DNA of 63,702 nucleotides, filler included. It is 7 parts of 7 records of this genome, joined end to end, with 100 filler letters (N's around TTAATTAATTAA, not from the genome) between each part and the next. Parts side by side here need not be neighbours in the genome. Positions count along the whole stretch, not along the records: positions 49,482 to 55,552 come from SRR20825010_6027; positions 55,653 to 60,370 come from SRR20825010_6030; 5 more parts are not named here. The stretch is one strand, 5' to 3'. This document shows, in pieces, positions 49,482-57,741 of the stretch (its first letter is position 1; each line of letters starts with the position of its first letter). The translations under genes were made by a program, and so were the position numbers. Under the pieces are notes generated by a model, which was not told where the DNA came from, made no database searches, and saw only the letters and a list, made by a program, of their open reading frames with translations.

Positions 49482-50614
49482 CCGGTGGACAGATCATATT
49501 TGATCGTAACCCGGAGTACTGGGGACGTGACCTTCCCATCAACCGCGGCATGGGAAATTTCGATCGGCTCGTTTTTGACTACTACCGCGACACGAATGCC
49601 TCTTTTGAGGCTTTTAAGGCGGGGCTTTATGATGTTCGTCCGGGAGACGATCCTGGGCGCTGGTCAACGGAATTCAACTTTCCGGCAGTCAAAGATGGTC
49701 GCGTGAAACAAGTTGAATTTCGTACCGGACTGCCTTCGGGCATGAAAGCGCTTGTATTTAACACACGTAATCCCTTGTTCGCCGATCTGCGTGTACGCAA
49801 AGCGCTGACAATGTTGTTTGATTTCGAATGGGTAAATGGGACGCTCTACCACGGGGCGTATAGCAGAACACAAAGCTACTTCGACAATTCAGAGCTTTCA
49901 TCACATGATCGTCCTGCAGATACGCGAGAGCGCGCGTTGTTGAAGCCATATCCAGATGCAGTTTCTGAGGCGGTTCTGAAGCGCGGTTATCAGGCACCTA
50001 TTGGTGATCCGGCCGGGCAAAACCGATCCAATCGCGCCAAGGCTTTGGCATTGCTTCGTGATGCTGGTTACACCGTTGAAAATGGCAAGGTGACCAATTC
50101 GAGCAGCCGGCAGCCACTGAGTTTCGAAATTCTGGTTGCCAGGCCTTCAGATGAGCGTCTTGCTTTGGTCTATGCAAATATGTTGCGCCGAACCGGTATT
50201 GAGGCGCACGTGCGAAATGTCGATCCAAGTCAGTATCAAGGACGGCTGGACGCATATGACTACGACATGATCTTTTTCGAATGGTCGGGATCCTTGTCAC
50301 CCGGGAATGAACAACTGTTCCGGTGGGGATCAGACTCTGCGGAGGTCGCAGGCACATTCAATTTTGCGGGAGTTAAGAATGCTGCTGTGGATGGGATGAT
50401 ATCCGCATTGTTGTCGGCCAAAACCCGAGAAGATTTTGTTAGCGCTGTGCGCGCTCTAGATCGCGTGTTGCTTAGCGGGAATTATGTGATTCCGCTTTTC
50501 TATTCACCGGTTCAATGGGTCGCTATGTGGGACAAAGTTGCCTACCCGGCAACGACATCGCTTTACGGTTATCGAAGCGATAGCTGGTGGATGAAAGACT
50601 TAGGAAAAAAATAG
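49482..50614 (+). CDS. ABC transporter substrate-binding protein (family 5, YejA-like), 5' truncated
   Basis: RNPEYWG.DLP.NRG..NFD, FNTR.PLFAD.RVR.AL, SLSPGNEQ and ALDRVLL. Confidence 0.9.
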
Positions 50615-50621
50615 CTATCAG

Positions 50622-51560
50622 ATGGGGGGGGAGATTTTGAATTTACCGCAGGAATGGCAAACCCGTATGAGTTTGCCGCTGGTTGCTGCACCGATGTTTT
50701 TGGTGAGTGGGCCTGATCTGGTTATCGCGCCTTGTCAGCAAGGGGTGATTGGCACCTTTCCGACGCCCAATGCCCGCACCGTCGAGATGCTGGATGAATG
50801 GCTTGATCGGATCACCACAACGCTAACTGAACGCGATGCGCCCTGGGGAGCGAATGTGGTGGTGCATCGCTCGAACGCGCGGCTCGACGAAGACCTTGCC
50901 TTGCTCGAAAAATATAGACCGCCACTGGTGATCACCGCATTGGGGGCGCCGAACGCGATTGTCGAGCGGGTGCATGGTTGGGGTGGTCGGGTTTTCGCTG
51001 ATGTGAACTCTGTCGCATTTGCCAAGAAAGCTGTGGCGGCGGGCGTCGACGGTTTGGTGTTGGTGGCGGCGGGTGCCGGTGGACATACAGGCCAGATGAC
51101 AGGCTTTTCATTTGTGCCTGCGGTGCGCGAATTTTTTGAAGGGCCGATCATTCTCGGTGGCGGCATTACCAATGGCGCGGGCATTCGCGCGGCGGAAGTG
51201 TTGGGCGCAGAGCTTGCCTATATGGGCACGCGCTTCATTCCATGCATTGAGAGCCTAGCGAGCGACGCTTATCGCGAAATGCTGGTGGGCGCGACGATTG
51301 ATGATCTGATTTTGACGCGCGCGATTACCGGGGTGGCGGCCAATTGGCTACGCCCCAGCATCGCCAATGCGGGATTTGATCTGAAGGAAATGGACGCTAA
51401 TCCGGAAATTGATTTTACCGATCCGCAAAGTGGCGCCAAACGGTGGGCAACTGTCTGGTCTGCGGGCCACGGTGTGGGCGCGATTGACCGGATTGAAAGT
51501 GCTGTTGATCTGATCGGTCGTCTGAGGACCGAATATGAAGTGGCGAGGGCTTTGTCATGA
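50622..51560 (+). CDS. Nitronate monooxygenase family flavoprotein
   Basis: AAPMFLVS, GAGGHTG, MGTRFI and WSAGHGVG. Confidence 0.9.
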   Translation: MGGEILNLPQEWQTRMSLPLVAAPMFLVSGPDLVIAPCQQGVIGTFPTPNARTVEMLDEWLDRITTTLTERDAPWGANVVVHRSNARLDEDLALLEKYRPPLVITALGAPNAIVERVHGWGGRVFADVNSVAFAKKAVAAGVDGLVLVAAGAGGHTGQMTGFSFVPAVREFFEGPIILGGGITNGAGIRAAEVLGAELAYMGTRFIPCIESLASDAYREMLVGATIDDLILTRAITGVAANWLRPSIANAGFDLKEMDANPEIDFTDPQSGAKRWATVWSAGHGVGAIDRIESAVDLIGRLRTEYEVARALS

Positions 51561-53224
51561 TCCTTGCCCCTTTTGAACAGATTGAAGATTACACAGAGCG
51601 CGGTTGGTGGGACTCAGAGACGCTGGACGATGTGTTTCGTCGCAATGTGCAAGCGAACCCGCATCGACTGGCCGTGGCTGATCCACCGAACCGTGTGGAG
51701 ATTGACGGACATGAGCCGCGTCGGCTCACCTATGAAGCGCTGGACAACGAAGTTGCGGCGCTGGCGACAACGATGCTCCATGCGGGGCTGCAAAAAGATG
51801 ATGTTGTGGCCGTGCAGCTTCCCAACACTGTTGATCTGCTTGTCACCTATCTGGCGTGTTGGCGGATCGGCCTCATTGTATCGCCGATGCCGGTGCAATG
51901 GCGGGCGCATGAGCTGAGTGATGTTCTGGGTTTTGTGCGCGCTAAAGCTGTGGTGACGACGCGCGTGATACGCGACCATGAGCACGCGCGGATGATGGAA
52001 ACGGTGCTTGAGAAAATAACGCCGCGCCCGGTTCTTTTCGTGATGGATGAAACCACACGACAGAGTGCAGACCTTGCCCGGATTAGTGCGCATATGGCGG
52101 CGCATCCGGTGGATGCGAACGAGGCGGCGACGATTTGCTGGACCTCGGGCACGGAGGCGCGGCCTAAAGGCGTGCCGCGCAGTCACAATCACTGGCTTGT
52201 GGCGGGGATCGCCTGCGGCGACGCGGCGGGGGTCAAAGATGGTGACAACATCTTGCTGCCCTTCCCGCTCATCAATATGGCGGCGATTGGCGGCATGTTG
52301 ATGCCTTGGCTGAAATGCGCAGGCAGTTTGGTGTTGCACCACCCGTTTGACCTGAAAGTGTTTTTGCAACAGCTCGTCATGGAGAAGATTGCCTATACGG
52401 TCGCGCCGCCTGCCATTCTGACCATGCTGCTGAAGGAAGAGAAGCTGCTTGGTAGTTTGGATTTGTCTTCGCTGCGCAGTGTTGGTTCAGGCTCGGCCGC
52501 CCTGCCGCCCTTTATGGTCAAGGCATGGGCGGAGGCGCATGGCATTTCGATCATCAATATTTTTGGATCGAATGAAGGCACCTGCTTGATTAGCGGGCCT
52601 GCCGATGTGCCTGATCCCGAAGATCGCGCCAACTACTTCCCGCGCTTTGGTGTGGTGGGCTTGCAATGGCCGGCTCAGATTGCTGATTGGATTGAGACGC
52701 GTCTTGTTGATCTACAAACCGGAGATGTGATCACTGAGCCGGGGCAACCGGGTGAATTGCTGATTAAGGGTGCGACGGTTTTCGCCGGATATTTTCGCGC
52801 AGGCGATGGCGGGCCTGAAGGTGCGATTGATGGGGATGGGTTTTTCCATACTGGCGACGTGTTTGAAATTACCGGTGAGGGAGATCGTTTCTATCGCTTT
52901 GTTGAGCGCGCCAAGGACATCATTATTCGTGGCGGGATGAACATTTCGCCGGGCGAGATTGATGGGTTGTTGGTCTCTCATCCCAAAGTCGCTGACGCTG
53001 CTGCATTGGGAGTGCCGGACGATGTGATGGGCGAGCGCATATGCGCTGTGGTGGTGGTGCGGCCCGGTGAAGGGCTGACGCTGGAAGAGTTACGCGCGCA
53101 TCTGAATGCAAGCGGCATTGCCAGCTACAAACTGCCAGAACAACTCAGACTGGTTGAGGCTCTGCCGCGCAACCCGGTTGGCAAGGTGCTGCGGCGCGTG
53201 CTGCGTGAGCAGATTGGGGCTTAG
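51557..53224 (+). CDS. Acyl-CoA synthetase (class I adenylate-forming enzyme)
   Basis: WTSGTEARPKG, FGSNEG, FHTGD, RAKDIIIRGG.NI and PRNPVGK. Confidence 0.93.
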   Translation: MILAPFEQIEDYTERGWWDSETLDDVFRRNVQANPHRLAVADPPNRVEIDGHEPRRLTYEALDNEVAALATTMLHAGLQKDDVVAVQLPNTVDLLVTYLACWRIGLIVSPMPVQWRAHELSDVLGFVRAKAVVTTRVIRDHEHARMMETVLEKITPRPVLFVMDETTRQSADLARISAHMAAHPVDANEAATICWTSGTEARPKGVPRSHNHWLVAGIACGDAAGVKDGDNILLPFPLINMAAIGGMLMPWLKCAGSLVLHHPFDLKVFLQQLVMEKIAYTVAPPAILTMLLKEEKLLGSLDLSSLRSVGSGSAALPPFMVKAWAEAHGISIINIFGSNEGTCLISGPADVPDPEDRANYFPRFGVVGLQWPAQIADWIETRLVDLQTGDVITEPGQPGELLIKGATVFAGYFRAGDGGPEGAIDGDGFFHTGDVFEITGEGDRFYRFVERAKDIIIRGGMNISPGEIDGLLVSHPKVADAAALGVPDDVMGERICAVVVVRPGEGLTLEELRAHLNASGIASYKLPEQLRLVEALPRNPVGKVLRRVLREQIGA

Positions 53225-53250
53225 TGCGGGTGCCCTATTCCGCATTGGTG

Positions 53251-53299
53251 TTGCATTTTTAATAGGTTTCCATATACTTGAATAATCAAGTATATGGAA
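53251..53299 (+). promoter_or_regulatory. Promoter with a perfect 14-bp inverted repeat (putative MarR operator)
   Basis: TTGCAT-N16-TATACT; TTCCATATACTTGA-ATAA-TCAAGTATATGGAA at 53268-53299. Confidence 0.7.
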
Positions 53300-53306
53300 T
53301 TATATT

Positions 53307-53795
53307 ATGGCAATCGTACACATCATTTTTGGGCCGCTTGGCGCGGGAAAATCGACGCTTGCGAAGCGTCTGGTCGAAGAAAACAAGGCTATTTGCTTTT
53401 CTATCGACGAGTGGATGCATGATCTGTTTGACGCGGATCGTCCGGCGCAGCTCAGTCTGGCTTGGGTTTGGCCCAGGGTGCGCCGATGCGAGGCGCGCAT
53501 TTGGAAAACTTGCGTGCCAATTCTTCAGGCTGGAAACGACGTTGTTTTGGACCTTGGGTTCATGACGTTGGAAAGCCGCGAGCAGCAAAGAAAGCTGGCC
53601 ATTGATGCCGGATTTCAGGTCGCCAATCATTTTGTTGATGCTGACCGACAAGTGCGGCGGGAGAGAATTTTGCTACGGAATAAGCAAAAGGGTGAGACTT
53701 ACTCTTTTGAAGTGACCGGGCCCATGTTCGATGCAATGGACGCCGGTTTTGAGAGGCCGACAGGCTCAGAATTGAAGGAATGTATCGGTGCGTGA
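53307..53795 (+). CDS. P-loop kinase/ATP-binding protein (AAA_33-like)
   Basis: GPLGAGKST Walker A, SIDEWM, VVLDLGF and FERP. Confidence 0.88.
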   Translation: MAIVHIIFGPLGAGKSTLAKRLVEENKAICFSIDEWMHDLFDADRPAQLSLAWVWPRVRRCEARIWKTCVPILQAGNDVVLDLGFMTLESREQQRKLAIDAGFQVANHFVDADRQVRRERILLRNKQKGETYSFEVTGPMFDAMDAGFERPTGSELKECIGA

Positions 53796-54231
53796 TACCC
53801 GCAAGAATGACCAAATAGATGCTGATCTAGACGTTCTGGATTTTTGCGTTCAGCTTTCACGCGCTTACACAGAGGCTGTTCGGCGGATCGATGGAAAGTT
53901 GTCGAGCGTTCACGGCTTGAGTTTTGGTGATTTCACGATCCTGTATCATTTGAAGCATGCGCATGAGGCACGGCTGCGCCGCACGGACTTGGCTGAGCTT
54001 ATGGGGCTGACCGCCTCTGCGGTGACAAGGTCCCTTTTGCCGCTCGAGAAAATTGGGTTGGTGGAACGTCAGAGCGATCCACGGGATGCCCGCGTTGGCT
54101 ATGCCTGTCTTACGCCTGCGGGGCAAAAGCTTTTCAAGCATGCGAGCGCGACGGCCAAGGAAGCCTGCCAAGATGCGCTTCAAGCCGTTCCGCCTTCATT
54201 TTCGCCGATGCTGAAGCAAATTGTGAAGTAA
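53788..54231 (+). CDS. MarR family regulator
   Basis: DLAE.MGLTASAVTR.L.PLEKIGLVER..DPRDAR...LT..G. Confidence 0.92.
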   Translation: MRDTRKNDQIDADLDVLDFCVQLSRAYTEAVRRIDGKLSSVHGLSFGDFTILYHLKHAHEARLRRTDLAELMGLTASAVTRSLLPLEKIGLVERQSDPRDARVGYACLTPAGQKLFKHASATAKEACQDALQAVPPSFSPMLKQIVK

Positions 54232-54240
54232 CGCGAAGAG

Positions 54241-54834
54241 CTAGTCGGCGGCTTTGAAGATGCTGAGTTTGGCTTCTTTCAGGATGCGCGTTTTTTCGCT
54301 CCACTGCTTCATCACCGCTTCGGCCTTGGAGGCTTCGTCGGCGAGGATCGCGTCGTGCTTCTCATCTTTGAGTGTAATTTCACATGCCAAACCATTGGGA
54401 TCAAAGAAGTAAATGGAATGGCAGAAGTGGTGATCAATGGGCCCAAAGACCGGCACTTTGGCCTCCTTCAGACGTTGGATGAAGGCGTCTTGCTCAGCCT
54501 TTGTCTCAACTTCGAAGGCGAAGTGATAGTCTTCGATCCCGTCCTTCATTGTGAAGACATCATCGGAAGCCGTTGCAGGGGCATCGAAAAACGCAATGAA
54601 GTTGCCATCGCCCATCTCAAAGAATAGATGCATGTAAGGCCGGTCTGCGCCGCTGGGGTCTTTGTCGAATGCGAGCGCGGCGGATTGCTTGAGGCCTAGC
54701 AGATCGACATAGAACTTCTTGGTCTCGGCGGCATCGCGGCAACGATAGGCCATGTGATGCATGCCTTTGATTTTTGGCGCGGCGGTTTTCACATCGGCAA
54801 TGTGGTCGACGGTGCCCAGAAATTCGTTGGTCAT
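54241..54834 (-). CDS. VOC/glyoxalase family protein
   Basis: HHMAYRC, FY..LLG, HFAFEV and SIYFFDPNG..E. Confidence 0.9.
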   Translation of the reverse strand: MTNEFLGTVDHIADVKTAAPKIKGMHHMAYRCRDAAETKKFYVDLLGLKQSAALAFDKDPSGADRPYMHLFFEMGDGNFIAFFDAPATASDDVFTMKDGIEDYHFAFEVETKAEQDAFIQRLKEAKVPVFGPIDHHFCHSIYFFDPNGLACEITLKDEKHDAILADEASKAEAVMKQWSEKTRILKEAKLSIFKAAD

Positions 54835-54922
54835 TCGATCCCCTCCCAGAGACTGAAATTCAGACTTTCGATGAGCCTACGCCTGACGCGGGTAATTGAC
54901 TAGACCTACGTCCAGCCAAGCG

Positions 54923-55552
54923 TCACTGGGGATTTGCGGCAAAGATCGCTTCAAGGCTCGTCATGTTGGCCCCGTGCTTCATGTAATTATAGGGCGTGAT
55001 GTTGACGGCTTTGATGATGGCGCGTTCGATCTCGGTGCCGAGGCTGCCATCGGCGCGGGGCACCATGTCGAAGTCGATGACATTGATGCAGGCCGGGTCT
55101 TGCTCGAAGGAGCGCACGGCATGAAGGCCACTGCCCTTGGTGCCGAGGGCGGCCCAGCCGAGGATCAGGCGATTGATGCCTTCGTGAGCGGCGATCAGCG
55201 TGGTGGACCAATCGGGCTCTGCCAATAGCGAGCGGATGGCAGCCACGGCGCGGGCTTCTGCTTCGGCAAAGACTTCGCCACCTTCCATCATGGTGGCGCC
55301 GGCAACACCGGCTTGCTCAAAATAGAATGTCATCTCGGCGGCGAGTTCGGCGCGGGTGCGGGCCTTGGCTATGCCGCCGCCGTGGATCTCGATGAGGTCG
55401 CCCACCACTTCAAGCGCCGGGCGAATGTCTGCCGGTTGCGCATCGAGCACATGGGTGGCGGTTTGGATGGTGCGTGGCACGCCGGAGCAGATGGCGCGGT
55501 CGAAATGGACATGGGCGAGTGCTGCCCCACCCGCCTTGGCTTGCTCTTGGCC
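54923..55552 (-). CDS. Histidine phosphatase family protein, 5' truncated
   Basis: SG.PRTIQTA, L.EI.GG, GE and AHEGINR second His motif. Confidence 0.8.
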   Translation of the reverse strand, partial: GQEQAKAGGAALAHVHFDRAICSGVPRTIQTATHVLDAQPADIRPALEVVGDLIEIHGGGIAKARTRAELAAEMTFYFEQAGVAGATMMEGGEVFAEAEARAVAAIRSLLAEPDWSTTLIAAHEGINRLILGWAALGTKGSGLHAVRSFEQDPACINVIDFDMVPRADGSLGTEIERAIIKAVNITPYNYMKHGANMTSLEAIFAANPQ

Positions 55553-55652
55553 NNNNNNNNNNNNNNNNNNNNNNNNNNNNNNNNNNNNNNNNNNNNTTAA
55601 TTAATTAANNNNNNNNNNNNNNNNNNNNNNNNNNNNNNNNNNNNNNNNNNNN
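55553..55652. other. Artificial contig-joining spacer
   Basis: N-run + TTAATTAATTAA + N-run. Confidence 0.99.
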
Positions 55653-55931
55653 GGCGGCGGCGGCGGGCGCGGTGTTGCGCCCTTCGGGTTCGATCAGGAT
55701 GCCCGAGGGTTTGACGGCGATCTCATCCAGTTGCTCGGTCACGATGAACCGGAACGGATCGCCGGTCACCACCAGCGGTTCGGCAAAGCCGGTCCCGGCA
55801 AAGCGGCGCGCCGAAGCCTGGAACAGGCTTTCATCGCCCACCACCTCGGCAAACTGCTTGGGGTAGGATTTGCGGGACAGCGGCCAGAGGCGGGTGCCGG
55901 AGCCGCCACACAGAAGAACCGGAAAGATCAT
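55653..55931 (-). CDS. manC: Mannose-1-phosphate guanylyltransferase (/isomerase), N-terminal fragment
   Basis: PVLLCGGSGTRLWPLSRKSYPKQF and EPEGRNTAPA. Confidence 0.93.
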
Positions 55932-55962
55932 GAATCAATATCCTTGTGCTGGAGGAAAATAC

Positions 55963-57741
55963 TCAAACCGCATCCCCGGCAGGCTCTTCGCACAAGAGCG
56001 CCACAAGCCCGGTGGGCAGGGGGTCGGACGGAGGCGGGCCCTGATGGAACATGGTCTGGACAATTGGGGCCTCGGGGCTGGTGTCGATGCCTATCTGCAC
56101 CACGCCGCCGGGTATCTCAACCCCACCCGCGCCATGGCCAAGGACCAGTTGCCGCAGTTGCTGCGGCGGCTGGCCCGGACCGTGGGGAACCTGCGTGACG
56201 TAGCACCCCAGATCCGTCTGATCCGCCCCAAGCCGGATCACCGGCCCGTTGCCCCCGGTCACGAGAATCGCCGCCAGCGCGCGGCCCGGCGCGGCAAGGG
56301 TGAGACCATCCTCAAAAGGCGCAAAGGGGCAGGGGGTACCGGCAAGGTCGAATGTTTCGGGTGTCCCGGCGGGGCGCCGCAACCGCAGGACAAGGGCATC
56401 GAAATGCGCTGCGCGGTCGGACGGTGAGACCGGCACCCGCGCGTCGCTCAGCGCCATCAGTGCCGCCTCGGCCATCCGGCGCGGCAGGTCGGTCTCTGGA
56501 TCATACAGTGCGTTGCGTGCGTACCAGCGGGCCGGGTCGGCGGGGCCTCGTTCCAGCACCTCGATCAGGCGGCCGGTGTCCAGCACCGTCAGGCCATAGC
56601 GGGCAAACAGCGCGCGCAGCCCGGTGACATAGGGATCGTCCCGGCCTTGGGCAGTCTGCATCTTGGTGCGGGTCAGCAGGGGCACAAAGGGGCGGTTCTC
56701 ACGCTGGCACAGCTGCAACAGCCATTCGACATGATAGAGCAGGCTGTCCAGATCCTGCCCGCCGGTCAGGTGGGTGTATTCGTTGATGCCTTGTTCCCAG
56801 ATCACCGCCGCCCCCGGCGTGTCGGTGCCCTGCGCCAGCATCCGGTAGAGCCCTGTGGCCGATGTGCCCGCTGCGGTCGACAGGCTCTGCGCCTCTACCA
56901 AGGCGCTGTAATCGCGGCGCATCAGCTGGCCCCAGCCGTCAGCCGCCATGGCATTGGCCCCGCCCAGCTGCAGCGCGCGCGGCAGCGGCGGCGTGTCGGG
57001 TGACCCCTCTGCGGCTTTTGGCGGGGTGCGGGGACCAACCAGCAAGGTCGGACGGCAGCGTGCCATCAGCGCATCGGGGATTTCCAGCGCCTTGAAAAAC
57101 CCCATTCGGGCCACCGCGCCTTTGGGAAATTCCGTCTCAAAGGGCCAGGCCGTCAGCCTGCCGCGCCCTTGCAGGGCAAAGGTGATCTCGTCGCGCAACC
57201 CGGCCCAGTTCACTTGCGGCTCATAATGGCTCAGGTAGATGTCCAGATCGCCGACAAAGGCCCCCTGCCGGACCATCTGGGCGTGCAGGTTTTCCAGCCA
57301 AGTGTCGGGGTCGCGTTCAAAGATCGCAACGGTTGGGACAAACCCGGCCAGTTCGCGGGCCAGCACGTTCAGGATCGGGTAGAGGCTGGGGTAGATCTCT
57401 GTCTCGACATGGCCGTGCGCGACATGGCCCAGCGGGGGGCCCAGCAGGGCCTCGTCGCTCAGCAGGACCAGCGGCGCGCCCTGATTGCGGATGTCCTCGG
57501 CCAGATCGCGTGCGGCCTGTGTCAGCGCCGCCTCTGCGTCCGCCCGCCCGCGCGCGCAGCCCATTGCCGCGTCGCGCAGCGCCTCGACCAGCGGATCATC
57601 GGGCAGGTACAGTGCCAGATGGGGGGCAAGGATGTTGGCGTGATCCTCCAGCCACTGGCGGATCAGACCGGCGCCGGTCTGGTGATAGCCGACATGAAGG
57701 ATAAGCCGCTTGCCGGTCAGAAGGAGCCGTTCGCCTGTCAT
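55963..57741 (-). CDS. Polysaccharide-locus protein: sulfotransferase-like P-loop domain fused to an SGNH-like domain
   Basis: LILHVGYHQTG and LLSDEAL in the N-terminal half; LGGAN..GW and VIWEQGINE in the C-terminal half; ATGA overlap with the glycosyltransferase stop. Confidence 0.7.
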   Translation of the reverse strand: MTGERLLLTGKRLILHVGYHQTGAGLIRQWLEDHANILAPHLALYLPDDPLVEALRDAAMGCARGRADAEAALTQAARDLAEDIRNQGAPLVLLSDEALLGPPLGHVAHGHVETEIYPSLYPILNVLARELAGFVPTVAIFERDPDTWLENLHAQMVRQGAFVGDLDIYLSHYEPQVNWAGLRDEITFALQGRGRLTAWPFETEFPKGAVARMGFFKALEIPDALMARCRPTLLVGPRTPPKAAEGSPDTPPLPRALQLGGANAMAADGWGQLMRRDYSALVEAQSLSTAAGTSATGLYRMLAQGTDTPGAAVIWEQGINEYTHLTGGQDLDSLLYHVEWLLQLCQRENRPFVPLLTRTKMQTAQGRDDPYVTGLRALFARYGLTVLDTGRLIEVLERGPADPARWYARNALYDPETDLPRRMAEAALMALSDARVPVSPSDRAAHFDALVLRLRRPAGTPETFDLAGTPCPFAPFEDGLTLAAPGRALAAILVTGGNGPVIRLGADQTDLGCYVTQVPHGPGQPPQQLRQLVLGHGAGGVEIPGGVVQIGIDTSPEAPIVQTMFHQGPPPSDPLPTGLVALLCEEPAGDAV

